64,000 bases of DNA. Origin: Setoptus koraiensis (Eukaryota; Animalia; Arthropoda). Positions 28,719 through 39,100 of this stretch are shown here, piece after piece (the first letter of the stretch is position 1; every line of letters starts with the position of its first letter). The notes beneath the pieces are model-generated. The model made no database searches. It saw nothing but the letters and a program-made list of their open reading frames with translations, and had not been told where the DNA came from. The stretch covers positions 5,208,001 to 5,272,000 of the forward strand of contig CM106586.1 in NCBI GenBank assembly GCA_048013815.1. Reading direction: 5' to 3'. A program made the translations under genes and the position numbers.

Positions 28719-30362
28719 TCAATTAGGTAAGTTTGGTTTACTTTCTAAACGGTCGTATTCAAGATAAAACTCTTTCGGTACTCTTCGCCAATTGTGAGGA
28801 TCGAAGAAATAGTATGTACCTCGTTCGTATGTCTGAGTTTTTTCGATTATGGGCATGCCTGGTGCCCTGGTAATCCATACTTTTTCCTCCTTATGGTAGC
28901 GCCATTCTCGACTGTACAACTCAGCTGCTGCTGCCATCTGTAGCACATCGTTTGGAAACATATAAAACAAGAAAAATATTGTGTCTTCGTGATAACGCTT
29001 GAGTTGTATTTGTGCCAATTTCTCTCTTATGATTGAGTTGACTAAATATTCCGACGGCACGGGATAGTCAATCTCATAAACTTTGAGTGGCCGATCCCAC
29101 CAGGGGCCAGCAAACGATGGATATAGTTTTTCCTGGGCCGTTAGATTTAAACCTAAGGCAGTTAAATCTGTACCAAAAGTAACGCTGGCTAGATTTGGGT
29201 CAGTTTCAGCTGCTCTGAGAAAGGCTAACAGCCCTATCATACCGAACTGGTCTGTCACCATACTAGATGGTATATTTGTGACGCGACCATCGTTGGATAT
29301 TTGAACGCCTTTGCTGTTGTTGTTATTGATCGGCGTGTTCGCATTGTCGTTCGGAGCAGGTTTGGGGGCTGACGTATTTTGGGGTATATTTGTCATCGAG
29401 GATGGTGATGCGGATGATGTTTGTTGCAATTTTACTTGATTGTTACTGCTTATCATAGACTGAGCAGCCGTGTTGTTATTATTTAAAAGCATCGAGCCAG
29501 CGGTAGTTCCAGTTGCATTACCCACTGCTGTTGTCGTTGATGTCAGATTGATAAGTGCTGATGTGCTCAAACCTCTAGACGTTCCGGACACCGAAGGTGA
29601 CTGTTGGTGTTGCCTTGATTGCTGGTGCAAATGATGGGCCATACTACTATTCCCAGGACCTTGTATATTAGAGAATGCATTAGAAGGTGGTGAAACGACG
29701 GTGGGAGCTCCAGCAACCGATCCTTGGTTGAGACCAGCCCAGGATTTGGAGCCGATGATGCCAGGTCCGGTAGCAGCTGAATGATTAAGCAATATTGAAT
29801 TTAATGTAATAGCATTACCACTAGTTGAACCACCGCCAGAAGGAGGCGTACCAGGAACACACATCAGACCTTGGTGCTGTGGCGAAGCTATAGAAGCTGT
29901 CGCCGACTGGCTAAAGGGTGACGTTGAAGAGGGAGGCATCATGCTGTTGCCGACGTGGTTAGTAATGGATGTGCTTGATGATTTTGTTGGTGATGGTTGC
30001 TGTTTCGTAGAGCTACTACCCCCACCTAATTGTTGTTGTCCTGGCCCTGTTGTCTGGGATTTGGTACCAATGATACCAGAAGAGGATGGTAATGATCCAG
30101 GTAAAGCTGGAAAATCCTCAGAGCTGATAGTAAATTCGCTCTGCGCGCTGTCTACAGATGTAGATTGATTATCTTTGGCTATGTTGACATAGTTGGCCCT
30201 ATTAGAAGCCTGCATCTGTGACAATAGATTCATCTTGGACAAAGATGGGAATTCATTAATGTCAAATGGTGCCTGTTGTTGGCTGTTGTGAGCCAAGGCT
30301 TGCTGACTGTAACTCCCATTTGTTGGCCTAGAAAAATTGAAAAATTGTGTTAAGTCTGTCAT
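28719..30362 (-). CDS. CNOT2: CCR4-NOT subunit 2 (Regena/NOT2), single coding exon, 547 aa
   Basis: NOT2/3/5 box DQFGMIGLLAFLRAAETDPNL...LGLNL...YHEDTIFFLFY...AAAELYSREWRYHKEEKVWITR...YERGTYYFFD; EFPSL and EDFPALPG motifs in the low-complexity N-terminus. Confidence 0.96.
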   Translation of the reverse strand: MTDLTQFFNFSRPTNGSYSQQALAHNSQQQAPFDINEFPSLSKMNLLSQMQASNRANYVNIAKDNQSTSVDSAQSEFTISSEDFPALPGSLPSSSGIIGTKSQTTGPGQQQLGGGSSSTKQQPSPTKSSSTSITNHVGNSMMPPSSTSPFSQSATASIASPQHQGLMCVPGTPPSGGGSTSGNAITLNSILLNHSAATGPGIIGSKSWAGLNQGSVAGAPTVVSPPSNAFSNIQGPGNSSMAHHLHQQSRQHQQSPSVSGTSRGLSTSALINLTSTTTAVGNATGTTAGSMLLNNNNTAAQSMISSNNQVKLQQTSSASPSSMTNIPQNTSAPKPAPNDNANTPINNNNSKGVQISNDGRVTNIPSSMVTDQFGMIGLLAFLRAAETDPNLASVTFGTDLTALGLNLTAQEKLYPSFAGPWWDRPLKVYEIDYPVPSEYLVNSIIREKLAQIQLKRYHEDTIFFLFYMFPNDVLQMAAAAELYSREWRYHKEEKVWITRAPGMPIIEKTQTYERGTYYFFDPHNWRRVPKEFYLEYDRLESKPNLPN

Positions 30363-31350
30363 ATGTGATAATATGGTGATATTTAAATGTTTACAGGATA
30401 ATGTTGGTATAATAATGATGTTGACGATGTTGTTGCTGTAAGTGATAGTTATTACTCGATAATATTTGTCTTAAATGGGTTTTACTGGTGATGAAAATGG
30501 TGTTATATATAATGATGTAATAATAATATTAATAATAATGGTGTCTGAGATATTTAAATTCAAACCGTTCTATCTCCTAATTTTTGTAATCAAATGTATG
30601 GTATCTCATCATCGGTGATACTTATTTTGATAATAGTATTAATAATAATGGCGCAATCGGTCTCTATCTAATTTTAATATTGATGAGGGTTTTTAGACTC
30701 TTTATTACTGTTGCTGTTTTCTGTTGAGTAGTGAATTTTGTTTTGTGTGTATGTTAGAGAAGCGCAGTGTGTGTTTGTGTATGAACATGGTGTTTGTGAG
30801 TAGAATGAAAACGCACAACTTCAACAGAGTATAAGCAAAGGAGAGTGTCCCAATCAAAACCTACATTCTATAGAGAATTACTGTACTGCCTTTGCCAGTG
30901 TAATCAACTCAAGCACAGGGACTCACATTGTAGAGCGTATAGATTGTGCGCATTCCGAATCGAGAAGCACAGAGATTAAATTCTGTGCCGATTCCAAAGT
31001 GATTACAGATCACATAAGATTTGGCCACTCTACGCGATTAGAAGAAAATATTTATGAGTTAGTTTAATCAAGTCACATGAGCTTGACCGTTTGAATATCT
31101 CAAGAGAATTTCAGTGATTGGCAGGACAGCGATTATTTCAATGAGACTCCATAATTCTAGCACTTTTGTTGCACTTTGGGCAAAGAACAATATGGAAGTT
31201 CTAACAAGCACACTCTGCGCGTTTTCGTTCGTATCGTGGAGGGCATCCTCCGGAGAAACTGTTGAAATAAGCGCGGAACATTTTCCACTGATTCAGGTTT
31301 TAATCGAGATACCCTTCATACAAAGAAGATTTGCAGTGTTGTGTCCCCCT

Positions 31351-31647
31351 TGGCGGTGGCACAGACACCCGTGGCGGGTACCCGACCTGTTCGAATTTTT
31401 TATTTTAAACCCGATCCGTCATTGACCCGCGAAAAAAAAAATTCTTAGGAATAGCCCGCGAATGGTCAACGTATGACACGAAAAATGTATTAAAAATGTC
31501 ATCGCAAAGGTAGGCCATGACGTACATGCAGGTGGAATCAGTGGAAATTTCAAAATCAGTGGTCATTTTTGAGAATATTGGCGGAATTTTGAAGAAAAAA
31601 AAAAACGACCCGAGCCCGTGCGGGTCGGGTATCCGTGCCCACCGCTA
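31351..31647. mobile_element. hAT-like MITE (about 297 bp)
   Basis: Imperfect TIRs TGGCGGTGG-CACAGACACCCG and rc TAGCGGTGGGCACGGATACCCG (18/22). 8-bp flanks gtccccct (31343-31350) and ctccccct (31648-31655) match 7/8, consistent with a TSD. Subterminal ACCCG/CGGGT repeats; no coding capacity. Confidence 0.8.
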
Positions 31648-31708
31648 CTCCCCCTAGCACAAGAGTTTGTGTGCGTGTATAAATGCGCTCAGCGAGGGTG
31701 CTCGCAAT

Positions 31709-32185
31709 TGGAGGTGCGTTTGGATATCCATGAGCACAGATATCCGCCCGGATATTTGATCCTTACGAATTCGAAGCGGATCTCCTTGTGGAATTTTCAG
31801 TGCCGGACAATCCATGGACAGATTTCGGATTCACGAGACTTCATGGATATCCGTGGACATGAGCGAATATGAGAGATCGCCCGTGGATGTCTATCATCCG
31901 CGGCTATCGGAATACTTCTTGGATGCTTGCGTATATCTCTACGCTCGGCTTAAGTTTGCTATCCCCACTTTTGCTTGTGACAAATTTATTTCCGTGAGCG
32001 TAAAGATAAGGGTAGTTGAGGCCGAGTAACGCAAAATACGTACGGATGCGTCTAAATATCTTTCAGTGTTGCGAATATCCACGACCGTTCAGAGGGGCGG
32101 AAATCTATGGAGAAGCTATGGTAGGGCGTGGAGAACTGAGAGCCGCGCGGATAGTTCATCATAGGTATCCACACGCATCTCGCTA
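31709..32185. mobile_element. Degenerate hAT-like non-autonomous element rich in GGATA/TATCC
   Basis: Left end TGGAGGTGCGTTTGGATATCC and right end rc ...GAGATGCGTGTGGATACC. The left end matches the TIR of the element at 48536 at 16/21. Candidate 8-bp TSD ctcgcaat/ttcgcaac (6/8). Many internal CGGAT/GGATA motifs. Confidence 0.65.
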
Positions 32186-34045
32186 TTCGCAACCAGTAGA
32201 TTGTTGTTCGTTCACGTAGACGTCGTCAGGGGCTGCAACATTCCTCGTCTAGACATATAGCGCAGAGTTCCTCGCCTCCGATCAATGGGAGTTGTGCCAC
32301 CTGTAGTTCACACACTTGAGCTCTATTCGAGAAATGAAATATCTCAAGCAAGCTCAAACAGACTGTCTGTCTGTTGTTGCAAAAGTCAAAAGAAAAAGTT
32401 TGTTCCCGACACAGCCACGGCTCTATCGAATATGCAGGTAGGATGGATATAGGGTGGTCTTGTCAAGTTGGCATACAAGAAGGCGCTGTGTGCGGCACAC
32501 AACCACAAATTGTTCAGTTGCTCTGTGTTCGTCACGTCCGCTCGAATAGTTGCAGGTCTTGAGTGCGTTGTGAGTGAATCCAAGCTAACGCTGTCAGTGC
32601 GCTGTATCTGTGGCGACCAGAGTCTAGCACACACTTGGTGTGCTCATGAACAATCTGTGCTTGCGTAAGCTCCACACTGCATGCTCGAAAATGCGCTGCA
32701 CAAGGCGTCTTAGCATAAACAGTAGGGTTCGAGCAACTTGATCACGCCACCTATAGTCAGGGGTGTCCATATCGAATTTTCGAATCGGAGCACACATTGT
32801 GCCGCACACAGCACAATATAGGTAGTTGCATGGGCTGGCCGCCAGTGCCACTGAAATTGTTCAACGCGTTTTGAGCATTGTGCTTGCGTCCGAAGCTTGC
32901 CTCTGGGAAGCATGCGGAATAAGTAAGCCAAAAATCGTAAAAATGAATTTGTCTGGTGGCTTTATTTGGACTCCTTGTGCATCGATAGTGATTGTACAAT
33001 TGACTAACAACTTGTAAAGGTAAACAGCACCTTTTCTGCGGAATTGTGCAGAGGTGCACGTTGAAGGCATAGACTGAATGGCATTTGCAACTGCGACTTC
33101 TAGCATCGGGTGCATAATCAACCTGGTCCAGCAAACAAAACCATGCACTGCACACACGCACAGAATGTCCAATGGATCCATGCGCGCTGCCTGTACTAAT
33201 TCTATCCAGTGTAATGCGTGTGCCATAAATTTGTTCTCTTTGTTAAATGTTCGATGTATCCCAACACGAACTGTGCCTTCGTGCAAACCATGGTGCATCC
33301 AATAGACACGCACCAGAGAAGGCGGCGCATGGTCTACAGTGATTCTGCCACCCAATACAACATAAAAACACATTTCTGTCTTGCAAACAACACTTTGCCT
33401 ACTTTTCCCAAGGCAGACGCATCAACAATCCGCCAATGCGGCACTTTCACACTGTCAGTGTGTCAGTATCCACGTTGTAAACTACAACATGGATCCAACA
33501 ACCAGTGACAAACATATTGGTCTTCAGCCGAGTTGTACCAGTGACCAAATCATAACTTGTTGGCTTATTGGGTTCAACACAAAAAATACAGTCAGTGAGA
33601 ATGGCATTCGCGCCGGTAGTATTTAAATGATCAGCTGAGTGCTACCCAAGTCGATAGAGTGGATATGTCCTGTGGGTCAGTATATTGCTGACAATATTGT
33701 GGGGCCGTGATAAAATAAGTTGCCCAGGGTGGTGTTTACTTCAAACATTGTTGTATTGGAAAATGCACACTGAACCATGTGCATGCGCATAGACATTTGT
33801 AAATACACGCGGATCTGAGCAGCGTCCACATGATCAAATTTCTAAACACATGTACAAACACACCTTACAATTGCAGCGTGTTTGTTCTAGCATCAGTAAA
33901 ATCTTGCGACTCCGTCACTAATGTTATCTCGTGGGATCTGATAAATAGTCTGATATTTATTCATCAGAGCTTGCCTTAGTCCTTTGCATTCATCTTTATT
34001 TCCAGACGTACGTCAACAAACAGGATCATTTGCACAATTACTTAG

Positions 34046-36128
34046 ATGTCACTAAAAGAGATACAACTACTAACGGGCCACACTGAAAGAGTCTGGGCTC
34101 TCGCCTGGAATCCCGACGGTACTAATCTAGCATCATGCGGAGGAGACAAGACAGTACGATTGTGGGCCAAAGAAGGTGAGGGATTAATAATCATAACTAG
34201 AACAATACTTATGCCTATATTATCGATAACAGTGGCTTTAATATTTCTTATTTTTAAAACATCTCTATCTAGGAAACAAGTGGAGATGTCAGGCAGTCCT
34301 GACGGATGGCCATATGAGGACGATCAGAAGCATTTGTTGGTCGCCTTGCGGGAACTATTTGGCATCGGCTAGTTTTGACTCGACTATATGTATTTGGCAA
34401 AAATCAGATGATGGTAGTTGGAATAGTGTTGGCAACCTCGAGGGCCATCAGAGCGAAGTCAAAAGTGTCAGCTGGTCGGCTGATGGTAAATTCCTAGCCA
34501 GTTGTAGCCGCGATAAAACAGTTTGGATATGGGAGAAGGTGGAAGATGATAACTTTGAGTGTGCAGACTTAAAAGACGATCACACCCAGGATGTAAAGAG
34601 AGTTGTTTGGCACCCCAAAGCAAATGTCCTTGCGTCTTGTAGTTATGATAACACAATCAAATTTTTTACTGAACAAGGTGAAGATTGGAAATGCTCACAA
34701 ACGTTGAATGCTCACACTTCCACTGTATGGTCTATTGATTTTAATCTGACCGGTGAAATGTTAGTTTCATGTAGTGATGACAAGACTGTCAAGATTTGGA
34801 AGAATCAATCTGTCGATTCTCAACAGTGGAAATGCATAGCGACTCTTCAAGGATACCATAGTAGACCTATCTATGATGTATCTTGGTGTAAACTAACAGA
34901 TCTCATCGCTACCTCCTCGGGCGACGACTCCATCTGTGTTTTCAAATCAAGCCTTCAATCCACTGAAACTAACGGCCCAGTATTTAATTTTTCTACTAAA
35001 GTACACAAGGCTCATAATGGTGAAGTAAATAGCTTGAAATGGAATCACAAGCAAAGTGGTTTGTTGGCCTCTTCGAGTGACGATTTTACTATAAAACTGT
35101 GGCAGTTCGAAAGTGAGGATACAATGAAGGATAATCAAACAGGTATCATAACTCAATTCATCCTAGACAATATGAAAGTGGAAGCTCAACAGATAAAAAA
35201 GAGCGAAGTCTCGTTAGAAATAGGTTTAAACTTAACCGATTTCTCTGATTTGCTACAATCCTTACAGGCAATACAACACTTGCAGAGCGAAATTGAACGC
35301 CACAGTTTACCATCTGGAAAGGAAATTCGTATACCCTCCGCTGATACTGCCCGTCATTTAGACATATTAGATCTAGAGTTTGATAATGATGACATATGTA
35401 CCAAGTTTTCTTTGGACGTAAGAAATTATTGTGATGCTCTGATTTGTAAATTCAATTTCGTTTGTTACTTACCTCTACCCAGGAGATCCACCAAGCTTAT
35501 GTTGGTAGCGAACCAGCTTTTGGTTGCCGATAAGCCTGGCGATTTGTTCTTGATTCATCGTGAGAGGAAAGATTTTCTACTCGGACATCTCACAATGTTC
35601 ACAGCAATCCAATTCTTGCTGGACGGAAACAATATAAAATACATAATTTCTGCAGATAGAGACGAAAAGATCAGGATATCTTTATTTCCCGAATCTTTTA
35701 ACATAGAAAGATTTTGTTTTGGCCACAAAAAGATGGTTACGCATATTCTAGCATTGGACTCCAAAATGTTCATCTCGCTGGATGAAGACAACGAACTTCT
35801 TCTGTGGGACACAGACGATCTAACTAAACATGCTAGCAAAGGATTAGTACCAAAAATGCGATTTGGTCTGGATAAACTTCTAATGCTCAGAAGGGTAGAT
35901 GGAAAACGGTTGGAATCAAACGATGGAGATCATCATGATAAGAGACATAAAGCCAGCAGTACAATCGAAAGAATTTTCTTACTTGCCCAAAATCTGAGTC
36001 ACGGGTGGCAACACCCAGAGTTCTTGATAGGCATCAAAGTATCTATGGAAACAAGTTTGCAGTTACTCAGAATAACGGAAGAAACTGTCAACTATTCGGA
36101 TAGAGTGGAACTCCAACAACAAAGTTAG
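34046..36128 (+). CDS. CIAO1-WDR4: CIAO1 (cytosolic Fe-S assembly WD40) fused in frame to WDR4/Trm82-like WD40, about 661 aa
   Basis: Exon 1 34046-34175, a 97-bp GT-AG intron, and exon 2 34273-36128 join in frame (WAKEG-NKWRCQ). CIAO1 motifs [42 protein letters not shown] and [12 protein letters not shown] end near 35112. The same ORF continues without a stop into the WDR4 motifs [29 protein letters not shown] and IERFCFGH. Confidence 0.88.
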
Positions 36129-36173
36129 GAAGGAACAAGCTGTTTATTATTGCCTTTTTCTACAATTGGATTA

Positions 36174-39100
36174 CTACGTTTTTAGCTTATTCCAGTCTTC
36201 CACTTTAACAATTTCAGCCATTATGGTCTTGATTTCTGATTTAACCTTGTTATTTAATTTATCACTAACATCTTCTGTGATATCAATCATCGTAAGGAGT
36301 CTGCCATCGATACCGGACTTCACAGGCTCAATTTGTTTGAGCACGTCAAGTTGTTGAGGTCCCATCTGTCTCCCAATAAACTTATTGATCTGACTGATCA
36401 ATATTGTGTCATCCTGTGGACAATCCAATCTTGCGCCATACACGACTGAGTGAAGAAACATCGACAACCTCTTGCGTAAAGACTCTACTTTATCTCTAGA
36501 CTCCGCACCAGTATAGAGTCTTCTAAAGATACTTAGCGATTGTAGAAATTGGTCGTAGTCAAAGTCATACTCTTGTGTCCATCCGAAAGGGACGTACTTG
36601 GTCCTTTCTTGGCAAGCGGAATGAAATAGAATCAATTGTCCAACTAAAGAGTCTTTAACACGTTGTGGATCCGCATTAATTGATTGAGCTAGAGCGTTAA
36701 ATCTTGTGAGAATGTCTTGTGCGCTCCCATCATAATAAAACTTTCGTGCCATTTCCAGTAGTCTGACATCCATACCCTCCGCCGTTTCGGCAACCAATAT
36801 AATAAGTTTCGTGTTGTTAGTTGACACATTTCCTATTCTGGTTATGGTGTCAGATAGACATTTTGTCCAATTCATAATCATGTGTACATTAATCAAGCAT
36901 AGACAGCTTAAATTTGCAGATTTATTGATATCGACTAAATAGTTAATTTTTTCAATCGCAGTTGATGAGGCAAATATCTTGTAGTATTGCTGATCGCTCA
37001 TTTTTTTCATGGTTTCTTCGATCTCGAACATGGGTGTTGCTCGTGATCCATGAATTACCACAAGAACTTTATACGGTGATTCCAAAGGGTCGCTATCAGA
37101 GCCCAGTAATAACCTGATCACATCTGGTAAATTCGGACACGACATAGAAAGGGTATCGACTAAATTAACATCCCCCGCAGAGCTTTCATCTCTCAGATAA
37201 TACTTGAGGATATTCATAAAGGCTATTCTATCTGATGATTTCAATGAGGAGCCGACATAACTGTATAAAAAAGGAATAAAATTTTCTGCTATTGTTCCCG
37301 AAGAATCATTCTTCGACTCTTTGTATCTAAGGAGAAATTCTTTTAACAGCTTGAGACATTCTGTTGAAGAAAAGCTATACAGTGGATCTAGTTTCCTTAG
37401 ATTATGGATAACTTCAAACACTTTTCCTATCTTCGTTCCATCTAACTTGTATTTTTCGCGCTCATGCATAAGTTTTTCCGATGTTAATTTGGATTCAAGA
37501 ACAGTTCTCTCTATAGCGTCCGATGATTCTTTCAGAGTTTTCAGACCATCGAGTAAATCCATATTGAATAAATCATCAGCCCTCTCCGAGGGAATCATTT
37601 CTTTGGATCCTGATGAAGCTTCACCTTCTTTGTGAACTAATATATCATCAGATTTTATCAGCATATCCAAGAATTTCTCGTCATATTTCACAAGATCTTT
37701 TTGACAAGCCTCAAGTTTTTTTTCCAGATCTAGTTTTTTAATCGCCAACTCAGGATTGAGCTCTTTAACCAAAATGTCCAAGATCTCTTCTTCATCTTGT
37801 GACGCATCTTCATTTGCGGAAGATCGAATGATTTTGAATAAATGGACGATGTCATCCGATATTGTACTTGATCTGTTATCCTGTATGAAAATAAGTTGCA
37901 AAGATTTTTTAATAAATACTTTCTGGTTATCTATGATGAACCAATCTCTCAGAGAAGTCGAGTCACCGGCTATCTCACCAAGTTCAGTAGACCATTGAGT
38001 ATGCAATTCATTCCGAAGCATGGGTACAACATTAAGAGCTTGGTTTGCTGCAAAACGCTGATCATCGGAATTGAAGAGAAAATCCTTTATCACAACTATG
38101 TCGCAAAATCGTGCGTTCATTGCTACTTCGTTGAACCACCCAGATCGGCAAGCACTGACAGTGACGCATTTTGAGCTAGATCTAGAATTCAATTCTTTGT
38201 TTAGCCAGAGGTTCATGGCATTGGGTCCATCAAATAAAAGTTTCAAAAGATTCGAGGCGGATGATCTAATGATATGAGTCGATAGTTTCTCGTGGAAATC
38301 GATGTCGAAAAACTCTCTGAAATGCTCCTTCATATCATCAATACCTAATTTATCGATCTCCATTGTTTTTCCGAATTTCTCAATTAATTCTGTAAGATTT
38401 CTTTCTGAAAAATCTTCACAATAGTTACTCAAAGCAGAAAGTAATAGGCATGTCATCTCAAACAAATCGTCTTGCTGGTACACTTCGAGCTTATTCACTT
38501 GGTCGCTCCACCTAGATGATTGTTCATTCAATTTGGTCGATATCTCTTGCGCTGTGTTGAGGATGCGGCGCAATAAGCTTAGATCAAGTTTTAATTGGGT
38601 TGTTTCATGCATTACAGCATCCAGTTGGCTATTAAGGGAATCTACGTTAGATTTGATAGTATCAATCTGATTAGTCAGAATTGATTCTTGTTGATGAGAT
38701 TCTCTCAATCCGATCTCGAGTTTGTCCAACTCATCCTTCATGGGTTTTAATTCGATAATTACCTTACCATAATCTAAAGTGGAAAGCACCCATTGTAGTA
38801 GAGGTAAGACAGCCTGAGAGGCTCTTTTAGCCTGTGATTCTTGAAAGCTCTCACGGCGATCTTGTATAAGTTGCTCCACCTGTTTTATTATTGCTGAATT
38901 CAGATTTCTTTCACAATCAAATGATGTCAATTCATCTTTCAAAGATTTCCTTGCCAAAAATTGTTTCATCGAAGTCCACGACGTGTCGTTAATACCCATC
39001 AATCTAAGTGTGGCCTCTAGTATATCTCTTATGGTGTTGGGAGGAGCGCGTAAGGCCCTGATTTCCGAAAGAGCATCTGTTCTCAAATACTGTTTTATGT

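Noticed and set aside
31114-32219. ORFs of 67-103 aa over the MITEs
   Set aside because: They are by-products of GC-rich repeat DNA with no transposase motifs.
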